From Candidatus Undinarchaeales archaeon (GTDB lineage Archaea > SpSt-1190 > JASMDC01), in assembly GCA_030753015.1 (NCBI GenBank), contig JASMDC010000017.1, positions 1 to 64,000 on the forward strand: 64,000 bases of DNA, in the 5' to 3' direction. This document shows positions 47,501 through 55,564 of the stretch, piece by piece (the stretch's first letter is position 1; each line of letters starts with the position of its first letter). The notes below the pieces were generated by a model. It was not told where the DNA came from and made no database searches. It worked only from the letters and a program-made list of their open reading frames with translations. The position numbers were made by a program, and so were the translations under genes.

Positions 47501-47993
47501 GAGGGATGATGTCCAGGCGTACGGTATCGCTCGTACGCTTCAGCTCTCTGAGCACGGACGGTGCGAGCCGCTCCGCTGTAGGTGAATCGGCCAGGACCTC
47601 ACCAAGGATACCAAGAACGATAGCGCGGTCAACGGGATTATCGAGGCGCTCTACGGCATCAAGTATGCCCCTGAGTGATCGTCCAAGCTCACGAAGCGCC
47701 CCCTCCAAGGCCTCCATCAGTGCTGGACCTCTTCGGTCTATGATAACGGAGACAACCGCGTCTGCGTCACGTGGCCCTAGCTCGCTGGCAGCGAGCCGTA
47801 GGAGGAGGGCGGACCGTCTGAGGCCGACCGCATCGCACCTTGCTGCCAGCTCCGAGAGCTCCCGGTCATTTCCCGGGACGGCCGTCAACTCTTCAACGGA
47901 CTTAGCGACCTCGTCGAGGTACTGCCAGGGCTCGTTCCCATCGAGAAGAGAACGGAGGGAGACGGCGCCCATGTGTGGGGAGGTGGCCCTCAT
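44526..47993 (-). CDS. Large alpha-solenoid protein with C-terminal DUF835 (KaiC-like inactive ATPase) domain
   Basis: Repeated DPW.R helical units; C-terminal LCITRTNP, VRWLT, VVLLDGMEYL, NGF. Confidence 0.8.
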   Translation of the reverse strand: MRATSPHMGAVSLRSLLDGNEPWQYLDEVAKSVEELTAVPGNDRELSELAARCDAVGLRRSALLLRLAASELGPRDADAVVSVIIDRRGPALMEALEGALRELGRSLRGILDAVERLDNPVDRAIVLGILGEVLADSPTAERLAPSVLRELKRTSDTVRLDIIPPLMTAADERTRPRLSRQAKEVLSSIVAEDAPRRAATFLAAFPSASAAEMGDWLMREMAESDVSSRARWAAALGQALGPDSMVGFADSIVIDATSLPRKERCRTLFHLVEGLGDRAPQTAMEAAIDLVKDSRPDEAVTLLAHLARAPLSDAAFCRLMEGLVPRVLHELAELEDPWSRAEAVRSLLKLSSGCPRDTARTVLAAAIELPDPEHTAHVIKGARAHCTPRPDLLEAVAGTALEALVPAADIKALPRRLEVLRDLAASSQYVAGAVRDHLTPLLRELVRTCTDISDPWERATSLGILGDLVGPEIVGAELADRTDALLEMTESIQDPWLHMDALLALTKVLTSDQTEAAIVRTFDAVSDPARRAKALSKMRERSILEHLAERLLNERISTLLPPRDAPPELAGPTFASLLKATAGHQSTVKVLTEFDLQCPRISPIALPGWPPPDPGSGGPWSMLTAAGLSTPPPAGDVGAVARELLPPTSFADDLAARLLVEGETSSAHLVPEAAGIALLARTSAVSLADVLATVHKISAEVECSSITKLMGYLEHSLEVLEGRSAPAPCMFCPAAEGCETKEYRLILRSVPAICEAPTDERRDLLIDITNELASVDNPIPAVHLALDTIGRYANRELSQEGALIRLIDLLLFPPDCVRRMKVVLATAGTDRVLADARRTLALQDRVKGIAWARRAPGSEDLHALEGVLETVGIGAATTLARVRCLRRVLDAEARPLLIASLEAGRTDVYRALAQVALSPLPPVPRRQALGAVLDGPALAAIGRSRKALGSLDITRPLANAVVAPIPTTTGPTQAPVDTPQPLEVPEPVLVAEEDYAVRSGCSYLVIESKPGTSFRLLAYAHTLGKPTLCITRTNPEILRRRYGLTEDVAVRWLTDEQSIDNVTLSPSHIDTVQAIKRFVEDSPSSVVLLDGMEYLVGHNGFDSVFRAIQSLRDRVSMGDTSLIVTVSRFALGERELTLLQRELETLGHETSSEGR

Positions 47994-48065
47994 CTATAAA
48001 TCTTTGATGCCGGGCACCTCGCCCGCGGCATCCCTTTTTATGTTTTGCATGCCCCATGAACGGAC

Positions 48066-48821
48066 ATGTCCGTGTTCGGCGAGGACCCCAATCTTACAAG
48101 GATGGACGCGCCCGCGCGGCCCCAGAACATTGACGAGAAGGTTCTCACCCACGTTCCGGGCCTCGACAAGCTCATGGGGGGCGGGTTCGAGCGCAACGCA
48201 ACGATCTGCCTCTTCGGCGGGCCCGGCACCGGCAAGACCACGCTCGCCCTCCAGATCCTTCACAATGCCGCCGTGACCGATGGCGAACCGGGACTCTATA
48301 TCTCATTCGAGCAGTCGCGTGACGAGGTGTACCGGTTCATGAAGCGCATGGGATACGACCTGGAGGCGCTGGAGAAGAAAGGACTGTTCACCTTCAAGAA
48401 CTATTACCCGACGCATCTCCAGAGCTTCATCAAGGAGGACCGGGGCCCTATCGAGAAGACGATCGAGACCATCGGCGCCACCCTACTGGGGATCGACTCC
48501 CTCACTGCCCTGGCGATGGTTAGCGAAGGTGAAATGGAACGCCGGCGCACCTTCCTCAAGCTATTCGAGACGGTCAAGATCCACAACACGACCAGCATCT
48601 TCACCGTTGAAGAACACCTAACTCCCGACAATATCAAGAGCGCCTACGGCACCGAGTTCCTGGCCGATGGCGTGGTCAACCTCTACAACCTTCGCCGGGA
48701 ATGGACACGTCGATTGGGGCTGGAGATCATTAAGATGCGGGGGGTCGCCTTTCCCCGCAAGATCGTACCCTATACGATCGAGTCCAACGGTATCAACGTG
48801 TTCCCTGATCTCAACCTTTAA
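48066..48821 (+). CDS. Single-domain KaiC/RAD55-family RecA-fold ATPase
   Basis: GLDKLMGGG, GGPGTGKT, YISFE, IDSLT, EFLADGVV, LEIIKMRG. Confidence 0.92.
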   Translation: MSVFGEDPNLTRMDAPARPQNIDEKVLTHVPGLDKLMGGGFERNATICLFGGPGTGKTTLALQILHNAAVTDGEPGLYISFEQSRDEVYRFMKRMGYDLEALEKKGLFTFKNYYPTHLQSFIKEDRGPIEKTIETIGATLLGIDSLTALAMVSEGEMERRRTFLKLFETVKIHNTTSIFTVEEHLTPDNIKSAYGTEFLADGVVNLYNLRREWTRRLGLEIIKMRGVAFPRKIVPYTIESNGINVFPDLNL

Positions 48822-48824
48822 TGC

Positions 48825-49283
48825 TCAGATCAGCCCGTCGGTGTCGCGTACGAGGCCTGCTAAGAGCTTAGATAGTTCATTCAGCTGGCCCCGACTCACT
48901 GACACTGATCCCTTCTCGGTCGAGATGATGAGACTGATGGAATTGGCATCCACGTCAATGTGCTTGTCCTCGATGGCATGATGAAGCTTGGTAACGGTAC
49001 GGAACGCCGCGGGGTACTCCTCGTTGAATCCGTGCTCCTTCACAAGCACTTCCTCGAAGACCTCCGACCTGTATCGGTCAATGGTCGGTACGTTGGGGAT
49101 GTGCCCGCGCTTCCGGGCGATGATAAGGGCGGCGGTGATGGCGTTGTCCATACCTGTGTAGAGCTGTTTGATGGCTGAGATGAGGAGGTGTGGGTCCTTT
49201 GCCCGTGTCATCGCGACATCGATGAGGAACGTTGCGGTCTTACTGGCCTTCCGTGCCTCCTTCAGATGGGAGGACGGGTCCAT
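48825..49283 (-). CDS. HEPN-like helical hypothetical protein
   Basis: 152-aa all-alpha pattern HLKEARKASKTA...DPHLLISAI...AITAAL. Confidence 0.6.
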   Translation of the reverse strand: MDPSSHLKEARKASKTATFLIDVAMTRAKDPHLLISAIKQLYTGMDNAITAALIIARKRGHIPNVPTIDRYRSEVFEEVLVKEHGFNEEYPAAFRTVTKLHHAIEDKHIDVDANSISLIISTEKGSVSVSRGQLNELSKLLAGLVRDTDGLI

Positions 49284-49336
49284 ATTGTCGGCGGGAATCT
49301 CTATCTATTAAAAGCTTGCGTGCGACCGAGCCTGCC

Positions 49337-49996
49337 ATGCCATCCGAGCAGGAGGAGGATGGACTGGGCGAGCCTGAGCCCAGTAGCTCGCTTCCTCTGG
49401 TGCGTGTGTGTATTGTCCTGGCAGTGCTCTGTCTGCTACTCTATACGGCCGCCCGCTTGAAAGCCCCCCATGGATGTGCGGTCATCAATATCAAGGGGGC
49501 ATTGGCTGGTGGCAAAGAGTCCCGGATCACCTATGAAGGGGCAAGGGGGGTGATCACCGTCGAAGGAGGGGACTTCAACCAGTTGGTCCGGGCCGCTGAC
49601 CGGCTGGCGCTCCTCTTCCTGGGCGTTTCAGGTGAAAAGTACAACCTCAACCTCTTGGGTGAGATGCGGACCTATGAGATCCCCTTCCCCGTCCAGACCA
49701 TTGACGGGGGGATGACCGAGATAATGGTGGGAATGCGTTCCAATCCCTCCCGCCTGGGTGACGTCCCCGTAGATGATCTGGAGGGGCTCAAGTGGTTAAT
49801 AGAGAGCCGGCCGGCCCGGTTCGCCTTCGCCTTCCATCCCCGTGCTGGAGGCGAGGACGTGGTGGCCGCAACCGAAGTGTCCACAGCTCTGGCGCTCCGG
49901 TTCACCTACCTGAACACCACCGACGACATCATGACCTTCGATGAGGCGACCGGCGGTGTCCACACACTTGAAACTGCACTGGAGGCGTGCACATGA
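49337..49996 (+). CDS. Membrane-anchored hypothetical protein
   Basis: One TM helix; ATGA coupling to carS; TATTAAAA upstream. Confidence 0.7.
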   Translation: MPSEQEEDGLGEPEPSSSLPLVRVCIVLAVLCLLLYTAARLKAPHGCAVINIKGALAGGKESRITYEGARGVITVEGGDFNQLVRAADRLALLFLGVSGEKYNLNLLGEMRTYEIPFPVQTIDGGMTEIMVGMRSNPSRLGDVPVDDLEGLKWLIESRPARFAFAFHPRAGGEDVVAATEVSTALALRFTYLNTTDDIMTFDEATGGVHTLETALEACT

Positions 49997-50499
49997 GCCT
50001 TCCGATGGAGGTCCTGAACGCCTTCCTGTACTTCCTACCGGCATATATGGCGAATATGGCCCCCTGCTACATGGCGCATTTCTCTTTCTTCAAAGCCCTG
50101 GCCTACCCCCTGGATATGGGCCGGGAGTGGACGGATGGCCGACGCATCCTGGGTGATGGCAAGACGCTTGCCGGTATAGTGTACGCTGCAGTCATCGGTG
50201 CGGCAGTGTCTCTGGGTCAGGGCGAGACTTGGTTGCTCGGTTTCGTGATGGCTATCGGTGCGCTCGCGGGCGACCTCGTCGGATCCTTCCTGAAGCGTCG
50301 GATCGATGTGGGCCGTGGGGAACGAACGCTGCTGCTTGACCAGCTCGACTTCGTGGTCGGAGCGCTGGTCGTCCTGTACCTTGTCGGATGGGCGCCACCG
50401 GCGAGGACCATGATCATTCTCCTCCTCATAACTCCCCCGCTCCACCTGCTGATGAACTACGTCGGTTACGCCCTCAAATACAAGGGGGTGCCTTGGTGA
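49993..50499 (+). CDS. carS: CDP-archaeol synthase
   Basis: PAYMANMAP, DGRRILGDGKT, GDLVGSFLKRR, LDQLDF, KGVPW. Confidence 0.95.
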   Translation: MSLPMEVLNAFLYFLPAYMANMAPCYMAHFSFFKALAYPLDMGREWTDGRRILGDGKTLAGIVYAAVIGAAVSLGQGETWLLGFVMAIGALAGDLVGSFLKRRIDVGRGERTLLLDQLDFVVGALVVLYLVGWAPPARTMIILLLITPPLHLLMNYVGYALKYKGVPW

Positions 50500-50855
50500 C
50501 GGATGAGCTGAAGCAGGTCATCGTGTTCCGTAGAGATCTCAAGCTCAGCCGCGGGAAGGTGGTCGTCCAAGGGGCCCACGCTGCCCTTGGCGCCTTTGAG
50601 CGTGCCCAGCGCTCACGCCGGGAGTGGGTGGACACGTGGAGTCGAGAGGGGCAACGCAAGATCGCTGTCCAGGTGGACTCCCTCGACGACCTCCTGGATC
50701 TCCATAGCCGTGCCCAGCGCATACCGCTCCCCTGTTTCCTGGTCCGCGACGCTGGCTACACCGAGATCCCGCCCGGCACTGTTACGGCCTTGGGCATTGG
50801 CCCGGCACCCGAGGACGCGATGGACCGCCTCACGGGCGACCTCAAGCTCATGTGA
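50496..50855 (+). CDS. pth2: Peptidyl-tRNA hydrolase Pth2
   Basis: KQVIVFRRDLKLSRGK..QGAHA, GQRKI, DAGYTEIPPGTVTALGIGP. Confidence 0.95.
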   Translation: MTDELKQVIVFRRDLKLSRGKVVVQGAHAALGAFERAQRSRREWVDTWSREGQRKIAVQVDSLDDLLDLHSRAQRIPLPCFLVRDAGYTEIPPGTVTALGIGPAPEDAMDRLTGDLKLM

Positions 50856-50864
50856 GGGTGTCCG

Positions 50865-51518
50865 ATGCTCGCCGCGATCATCCCAGCCTTCCACGAGACC
50901 GATGCTATCGCCACTGTGGTCAAGAACACACTCCCTCACGTCGACCGCGTTGTAGTGGTGGATGATGGATCGAAGGACGGGACCGACGCCGCTGCCCGCG
51001 AAGCCGGAGCTGAGGTCGTTGTCCATCCGGAGAACCGTGGGAAGGGCGCGGCCATGGAGACGGGCGTTGCCGCCGTGGCCGCTGATATCTATGTGATGCT
51101 CGACGCTGACGGTCAGCATGACCCTTCCGATATCCCTCAACTGGTTAAGGGGCTGGAGGGAAGCACAATGTGTATCGGGAGCAGGTTCCTGGGGGATATT
51201 TCCCAGATGCCCTTCCAGCGACGGCTGTCCAACCGCCTCGTTAGTGGCATATGCACCCTCACAACCGGTATTCACCTCACTGATGTCCAGTCAGGGTTCC
51301 GTGCGTTCCGCGGTGAGCACGCTGCAGAACTTGTGCGTGGTTTCGAGCGCTATACAGTGGAGGTCGGGATGGTGCTCCGTGCCGCCGACCTCAGTCTTGT
51401 CGTGACCGAGACGCCCATCATTGCAGTCTACGGCGACGAGCGCTCAAAGGTCAATCCGCTGGTCGACGGCCTGCGCGTGATCCGCCTCCTCGTAGGCCAC
51501 CTCCTGGGTCGTCGGTGA
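50865..51518 (+). CDS. Glycosyltransferase family 2
   Basis: IPAFHE, VVDDGSKD, NRGKG, LDADGQH, DVQSGFRAF. Confidence 0.92.
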   Translation: MLAAIIPAFHETDAIATVVKNTLPHVDRVVVVDDGSKDGTDAAAREAGAEVVVHPENRGKGAAMETGVAAVAADIYVMLDADGQHDPSDIPQLVKGLEGSTMCIGSRFLGDISQMPFQRRLSNRLVSGICTLTTGIHLTDVQSGFRAFRGEHAAELVRGFERYTVEVGMVLRAADLSLVVTETPIIAVYGDERSKVNPLVDGLRVIRLLVGHLLGRR

Positions 51519-51554
51519 ACCTTTAAAAGCGATGATTGGACCATCCACCTTTTT

Positions 51555-51734
51555 GTGAGAACAGACGAGGTCACAGAATGCTTCTTCTGCATGATCGTAG
51601 AGGACGATCCAGTGCAGACGCCCCTGGTGTGCGATGAGTGTGGCACGCCCGCCTGTTGCGCACGGGGACATATGGAGCACGAGATAGAGGGCGACGCCAT
51701 CCGGCACGTGTGTCAGGACTGCCTCGATGGCTAA
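51555..51734 (+). CDS. Small double zinc-finger protein (59 aa), absent from the ORF track
   Basis: GTG start: MRTDEVTECFFCMIVEDDPVQTPLVCDECGTPACCARGHMEHEIEGDAIRHVCQDCLDG*; TTTAAAA at ~51522; overlaps the dph5 start. Confidence 0.7.
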   Translation: MRTDEVTECFFCMIVEDDPVQTPLVCDECGTPACCARGHMEHEIEGDAIRHVCQDCLDG

Positions 51735-52560
51735 GGGTCAGCTCATCCTTATCGGCCTGGGGCTTTACGATGAGCGAAGCCCGTCCCTTGAAGCTCTAGA
51801 GACCATGCGCTCCTGCACGACACTGTTCGCTGAATTCTACACGGGTCTCATGGCTGGGCTCGATCCCACACGTCTTGAAGAGCTCGTGGGTGGACCTATC
51901 GAAGTGCTCAGCCGCGAGGAGGTAGAGTCACGGGCGGAGCGGATAATCGAGGCCTCCGCGAAGGGTGATGTGGGATTCCTGGTCCAAGGGGACCCCATGG
52001 TCGCCACGACACATCCTGACCTGAGATTGCGGGCCCATGCGGAGGGTGTCGCTACCCGTGTTGTGCACGGCGCCTCCATCTACTCGGCAGTTGGAGTGAC
52101 GGGGCTTCAGCTCGTGCGGTTCGGCAAGGCGGGTTCCGTACCTTTTCCCCATCCCAGCTACCTTCCCACTTCGCCGCTCGAGGTGGTCCACCAGAACCTT
52201 GAGCGGGACTGCCATACCCTGCTGGTCATGGACATAGTGGCGGACGAGGGACGCTACATGACCGCTAACGAGGGCATGGACACTCTCATGACTATGGAAC
52301 GTCGACTTGCGGAGCGGCGGAGTGGCCCGCTTCCGGACGGTGCTCCTCGGATCGATGGTGACTCCCTGATGATAGCCCTGGCCCGGGCCGGATCCCCGGA
52401 GCCCGTGGTGCGGGCCGGCCCCCTCCGGACGCTGCAGAGGGAGGACATCGGCCCACCGCCTCATCTGCTCGTGGTCCCCGCCAAGCTCCATTACATGGAG
52501 GCGGCCTACCTCCACGCCTTCGCCGGACTGCCGGCGGAGCTCGTCCCCGATGAGGGGTGA
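51727..52560 (+). CDS. dph5: Diphthine synthase
   Basis: LIGLGLYD, AEFYTG, GDPMVATTH, HGASI, FGK, HTLLVMDI, GPPPHLLVVP, LHYME. Confidence 0.95.
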   Translation: MAKGQLILIGLGLYDERSPSLEALETMRSCTTLFAEFYTGLMAGLDPTRLEELVGGPIEVLSREEVESRAERIIEASAKGDVGFLVQGDPMVATTHPDLRLRAHAEGVATRVVHGASIYSAVGVTGLQLVRFGKAGSVPFPHPSYLPTSPLEVVHQNLERDCHTLLVMDIVADEGRYMTANEGMDTLMTMERRLAERRSGPLPDGAPRIDGDSLMIALARAGSPEPVVRAGPLRTLQREDIGPPPHLLVVPAKLHYMEAAYLHAFAGLPAELVPDEG

Positions 52561-52819
52561 GCCGACGCTCCCGGGCGTTCGATAGATAAAGTATAGTATC
52601 CATCCAGTCCAACGGCGGGACCATGGCCCAGGGACAGACGATGAACATGACGTTCTTGCTCTATCTCGCTGCCTTCCTGCTGTTGCTAAGGGGTGGGTTC
52701 TATGATATCGTGGCCGGTTCCCTAGGTATCTTTCATGTCCGTAGTGCTCATCCTCGCAATGGATCTGTACAGCGTGGTGTTCCTGATCCTACGACAGCGA
52801 AGGTCGGATGCACAGGGCC

Positions 52820-53731
52820 CTACGAAAGAAGGACCACCCGGCTGGCCTCCTGCTCGTCCTTGATCTCGTAGCCGGTCGCTTTCGCGATCCGCTTGGCGAA
52901 GTCCTTTACCTCTTGATGGGACGGCATGGCCTCGCGGGGAAGACGTTTGCGGGAAAAACCCACATGCATGTATGACTTACACTCGATATAGGTCGGTTCG
53001 GCCTTCTTGATGAGCTGGGCGTAGCCCTCGGGATTGGTCATGTTATGTCCCTTGACCAAGGTGAGCCTGATGACCGTCCTGCAGCGGAACGACGGGAGCT
53101 TCTCGAGGCTCTCGTTCAGCCGGTCCCAGGAAGAAGCGTCCATGGGCCTGTCCATGGCAAGGTACCGTTCACGGTCAGGGGCGTCGAGGGATATGTAGAG
53201 CTGGGTCGGTTCCGTGAACGTGGGGAGCCGGTCCGGCCGAGTGCCGTTCGTGACCAGAAATGTAGTGATCCCGCGGTTGTGGAACTCGAATATGAGGTCG
53301 TCGATCCGGCTGTAGAGTGTGGGCTCGCCCGCAAGTGAGATGGCGGCGTTGCGGGGGCTGAACGACTCCTCCAAACGGTCCTTATCGACTTCGTCAAGTC
53401 CTTTGAACCCTATGAGCAGCTTGCGCTGGGCGGCTATCGCTCCGTCCACGATGTCCTTGGGCTCGTCCACATCCTCGTCCATCTCACCCCCCAGTGTGTT
53501 CTCCACGGGGCGCCAGCAGAGGAGACATTGGTGGTTGCACCACCCGACCGCAGGGGTCATCTGGAGGCAGCGGTGGCTCTCGATCCCGTAGAATTTCTGC
53601 TTGTAGCACACTCGACCTTCTCGAATCGAGCGTTTCGTCCAGTGGCAGGTCTTGACCGCTGAGTGCTTGCCGATCACCGCGTAATGGTGCTTGATGAGCA
53701 GTTCACGAAGCTCGGGGGTGAGCTCGGGCAT
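52820..53731 (-). CDS. taw1: 4-demethylwyosine synthase (radical SAM)
   Basis: HSAVKTCHW, CYKQKFYGIESHRCLQMTP, CNHQCLLCWR, AISLAGEPT, YMHVGFSR. Confidence 0.95.
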   Translation of the reverse strand: MPELTPELRELLIKHHYAVIGKHSAVKTCHWTKRSIREGRVCYKQKFYGIESHRCLQMTPAVGWCNHQCLLCWRPVENTLGGEMDEDVDEPKDIVDGAIAAQRKLLIGFKGLDEVDKDRLEESFSPRNAAISLAGEPTLYSRIDDLIFEFHNRGITTFLVTNGTRPDRLPTFTEPTQLYISLDAPDRERYLAMDRPMDASSWDRLNESLEKLPSFRCRTVIRLTLVKGHNMTNPEGYAQLIKKAEPTYIECKSYMHVGFSRKRLPREAMPSHQEVKDFAKRIAKATGYEIKDEQEASRVVLLS

Positions 53732-53786
53732 GATATCTTGGGGTGGAGGGCACACTTTTGAATGTTTGGAAAACTGGGCAGAACAA

Positions 53787-53907
53787 GGCAGCGGCGAGCG
53801 CGTGACCGGCGCCCGCCGCCGCGGGTTGGGAGGGGGAGGGAGCAAAGCTCCCGGACGGACCATCGTCGCCTTCCCCTACGGGCGACTCCCCTTCAGCGCG
53901 GACTGCC
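53787..53907. ncRNA. Putative structured RNA element (GC-rich multi-hairpin)
   Basis: Closing GGCAG/CTGCC; hairpins CCCGC-cgcc-GCGGG, GGGAGC-aaa-GCTCCC and GTCGCC-N10-GGCGAC in an intergenic gap. Confidence 0.35.
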
Positions 53908-53938
53908 AGCACGCTTTCGGGGGTCCTTGACACCTTTT

Positions 53939-55009
53939 TCACTCGTGGATCTTCTGGACCTGCTCCTTGGCACGGAGGCGTTTCATGTCGCGAACGACAT
54001 CGGACAGTTCACGCACGTTCTCCGCGATCGTTGGGAAGATCCGCTGGAGCACACGCTGGAGCGCATTGATCTGGGCGCCCACGCCCTCAAGCTCCTTGCT
54101 GTACTCCTCCAAGCGCACGGTGGAGTGCTCCTGCAGTTCCACATAGCGCGACTTGAGCTCGGCCAGTTCCTCACGGATCTCGGCCATGCTCTCGTGCAGG
54201 TCGGTGCGGAAGGACTCGAGATCCTCGATGCGGACTTCAGCTTCCTTCCATTTCTCGTCCACGATCTTCTCTACCAAGGCCTCGATATTTCGTCCACCGG
54301 GAGCTCCGGGGCCTCCCATGTCGGGTCCCATTCCCGGTGGTCCCATTCCTGGCGGTCCGCCCATTCCTGGCGGTCCGCCCATTCCTGGTGGCCCCATTCC
54401 CGGTGGCCCCATTCCCGGTGGTCCCATTCCTGGTGGTCCCATTCCTGGTGGTCCCATTCCTGGTGGCCCCATCCCAGGTGGTCCCATTCCTGGTGGCCCC
54501 ATCCCAGGTGGTCCCATTCCTGGTGGTCCCATGTCCATCCCTGGTGGTCCCATCCCTGGTGGTCCCATTCCTGGTGGTCCCATGTCCATCCCCGGTGGTC
54601 CCATTCCTGGTGGTCCCATCCCTGGTGGCCCCATACCGGGGGGTCCCATTCCTGGCGGACCCATACCGGGCGGTCCCATATCCATTCCTGGCGGTCCCAT
54701 CCCCGGCGGTCCCATCCCTGGTGGACCCATACCGGGCGGCCCCATTCCTGGTGGTCCTCCCGGGGGTCCCATTCCTGGGGGCCCCATCCCTGGTTGCCCC
54801 ATACCTGGCGGTCCCATTCCTGGTGCTCCTCCCATACCCATTTTCATGTCTGCTTGCTGCATTGCAGCTTGGATATCATCAGGTGTGAATCCCTCTTGAG
54901 AGAGGTTCTGAAAGATCACGTTGTCGGGCATTCCCTGCGAGCGCATGTTAACGACCTCGTTGACAGGAGGTCCCTTTTTCCCGAGGAATTTACCCAGAAG
55001 CGAGTCCAT
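53939..55009 (-). CDS. GMGPP-repeat protein with N-terminal helical domain and C-terminal coiled coil
   Basis: VNMRSQGMPDNVIFQNLSQEGF; more than 30 GMGPP-type units; IEALVEKIVDEKW then coiled coil. Confidence 0.9.
   Translation of the reverse strand: MDSLLGKFLGKKGPPVNEVVNMRSQGMPDNVIFQNLSQEGFTPDDIQAAMQQADMKMGMGGAPGMGPPGMGQPGMGPPGMGPPGGPPGMGPPGMGPPGMGPPGMGPPGMDMGPPGMGPPGMGPPGMGPPGMGPPGMGPPGMDMGPPGMGPPGMGPPGMDMGPPGMGPPGMGPPGMGPPGMGPPGMGPPGMGPPGMGPPGMGPPGMGPPGMGGPPGMGGPPGMGPPGMGPDMGGPGAPGGRNIEALVEKIVDEKWKEAEVRIEDLESFRTDLHESMAEIREELAELKSRYVELQEHSTVRLEEYSKELEGVGAQINALQRVLQRIFPTIAENVRELSDVVRDMKRLRAKEQVQKIHE
54315..54840. repeat. 15-bp coding tandem repeat (CCCATTCCTGGTGGT variants)
   Basis: Directly visible tandem array; variation is mostly synonymous in the - strand GMGPP frame. 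Confidence 0.95.
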
Positions 55010-55011
55010 GG

Positions 55012-55425
55012 TTACTTGCGCTCCTCCACGATATTTCTGGCGATTCGCTCAACATCGGCCGAGGTGAGGATGTTGGCGGGGTTGACGAGGTCGATGAAGC
55101 TCTCGAGCTCAAGAAGTTTCCCGCGAGGGGCGAACTTCTGCATCTCGACGCGCATGAGCTTGAGCTCCTTGATGATGCGACCGATCTGGTCGCGCAATTC
55201 TTCAGTGGCGATTGTGACGTTCTTGAGGTGACTGGCCGTCTTTTTGGACTCTTCCATGTAGTTGTTGTTGAGCATCTCAAGGTCGCCGGAAACCTTCTTG
55301 ATCCGGTCCTCGAGCATACGGATGCGGCGGCTGTTGGAGATAGCTGTCTTGGACGCCTCGTTGATGGCGTTCATCAGCTGGGGGTCGGCTCCGCCCCCCA
55401 TGAACCGGCCCATGTCTAATGGCAC
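55012..55425 (-). CDS. Coiled-coil hypothetical protein
   Basis: RRIRMLEDR...ELKLMRVEMQKFA...LESFIDLVNP; stop lies 2 bp upstream of the GMGPP gene start; start approximate. Confidence 0.8.
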   Translation of the reverse strand: MPLDMGRFMGGGADPQLMNAINEASKTAISNSRRIRMLEDRIKKVSGDLEMLNNNYMEESKKTASHLKNVTIATEELRDQIGRIIKELKLMRVEMQKFAPRGKLLELESFIDLVNPANILTSADVERIARNIVEERK

Positions 55426-55564
55426 TGTGGCTATACCTCCTGCTACTCTTTTACTTTACATTACTAATAAAGGTTAGCAGTTTCGATTCCTGGTGCCCGT
55501 TCCCGGTGCTTGTAGCCATCCTTTATAATACAGGAAGAACACTACTTCTACTAGAGGAGAGACC

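Noticed and set aside
52623-52871. 82-aa + strand ORF between dph5 and taw1
   Set aside because: It overlaps the taw1 3' end and has no recognisable motif; a hydrophobic start suggests a possible fragment, but support is insufficient.
54153-54899. + strand GGPIP-repeat and other antisense ORFs over the tandem repeat
   Set aside because: These are shadow frames of the GMGPP gene; only the - strand frame has folded flanking domains and operon context.
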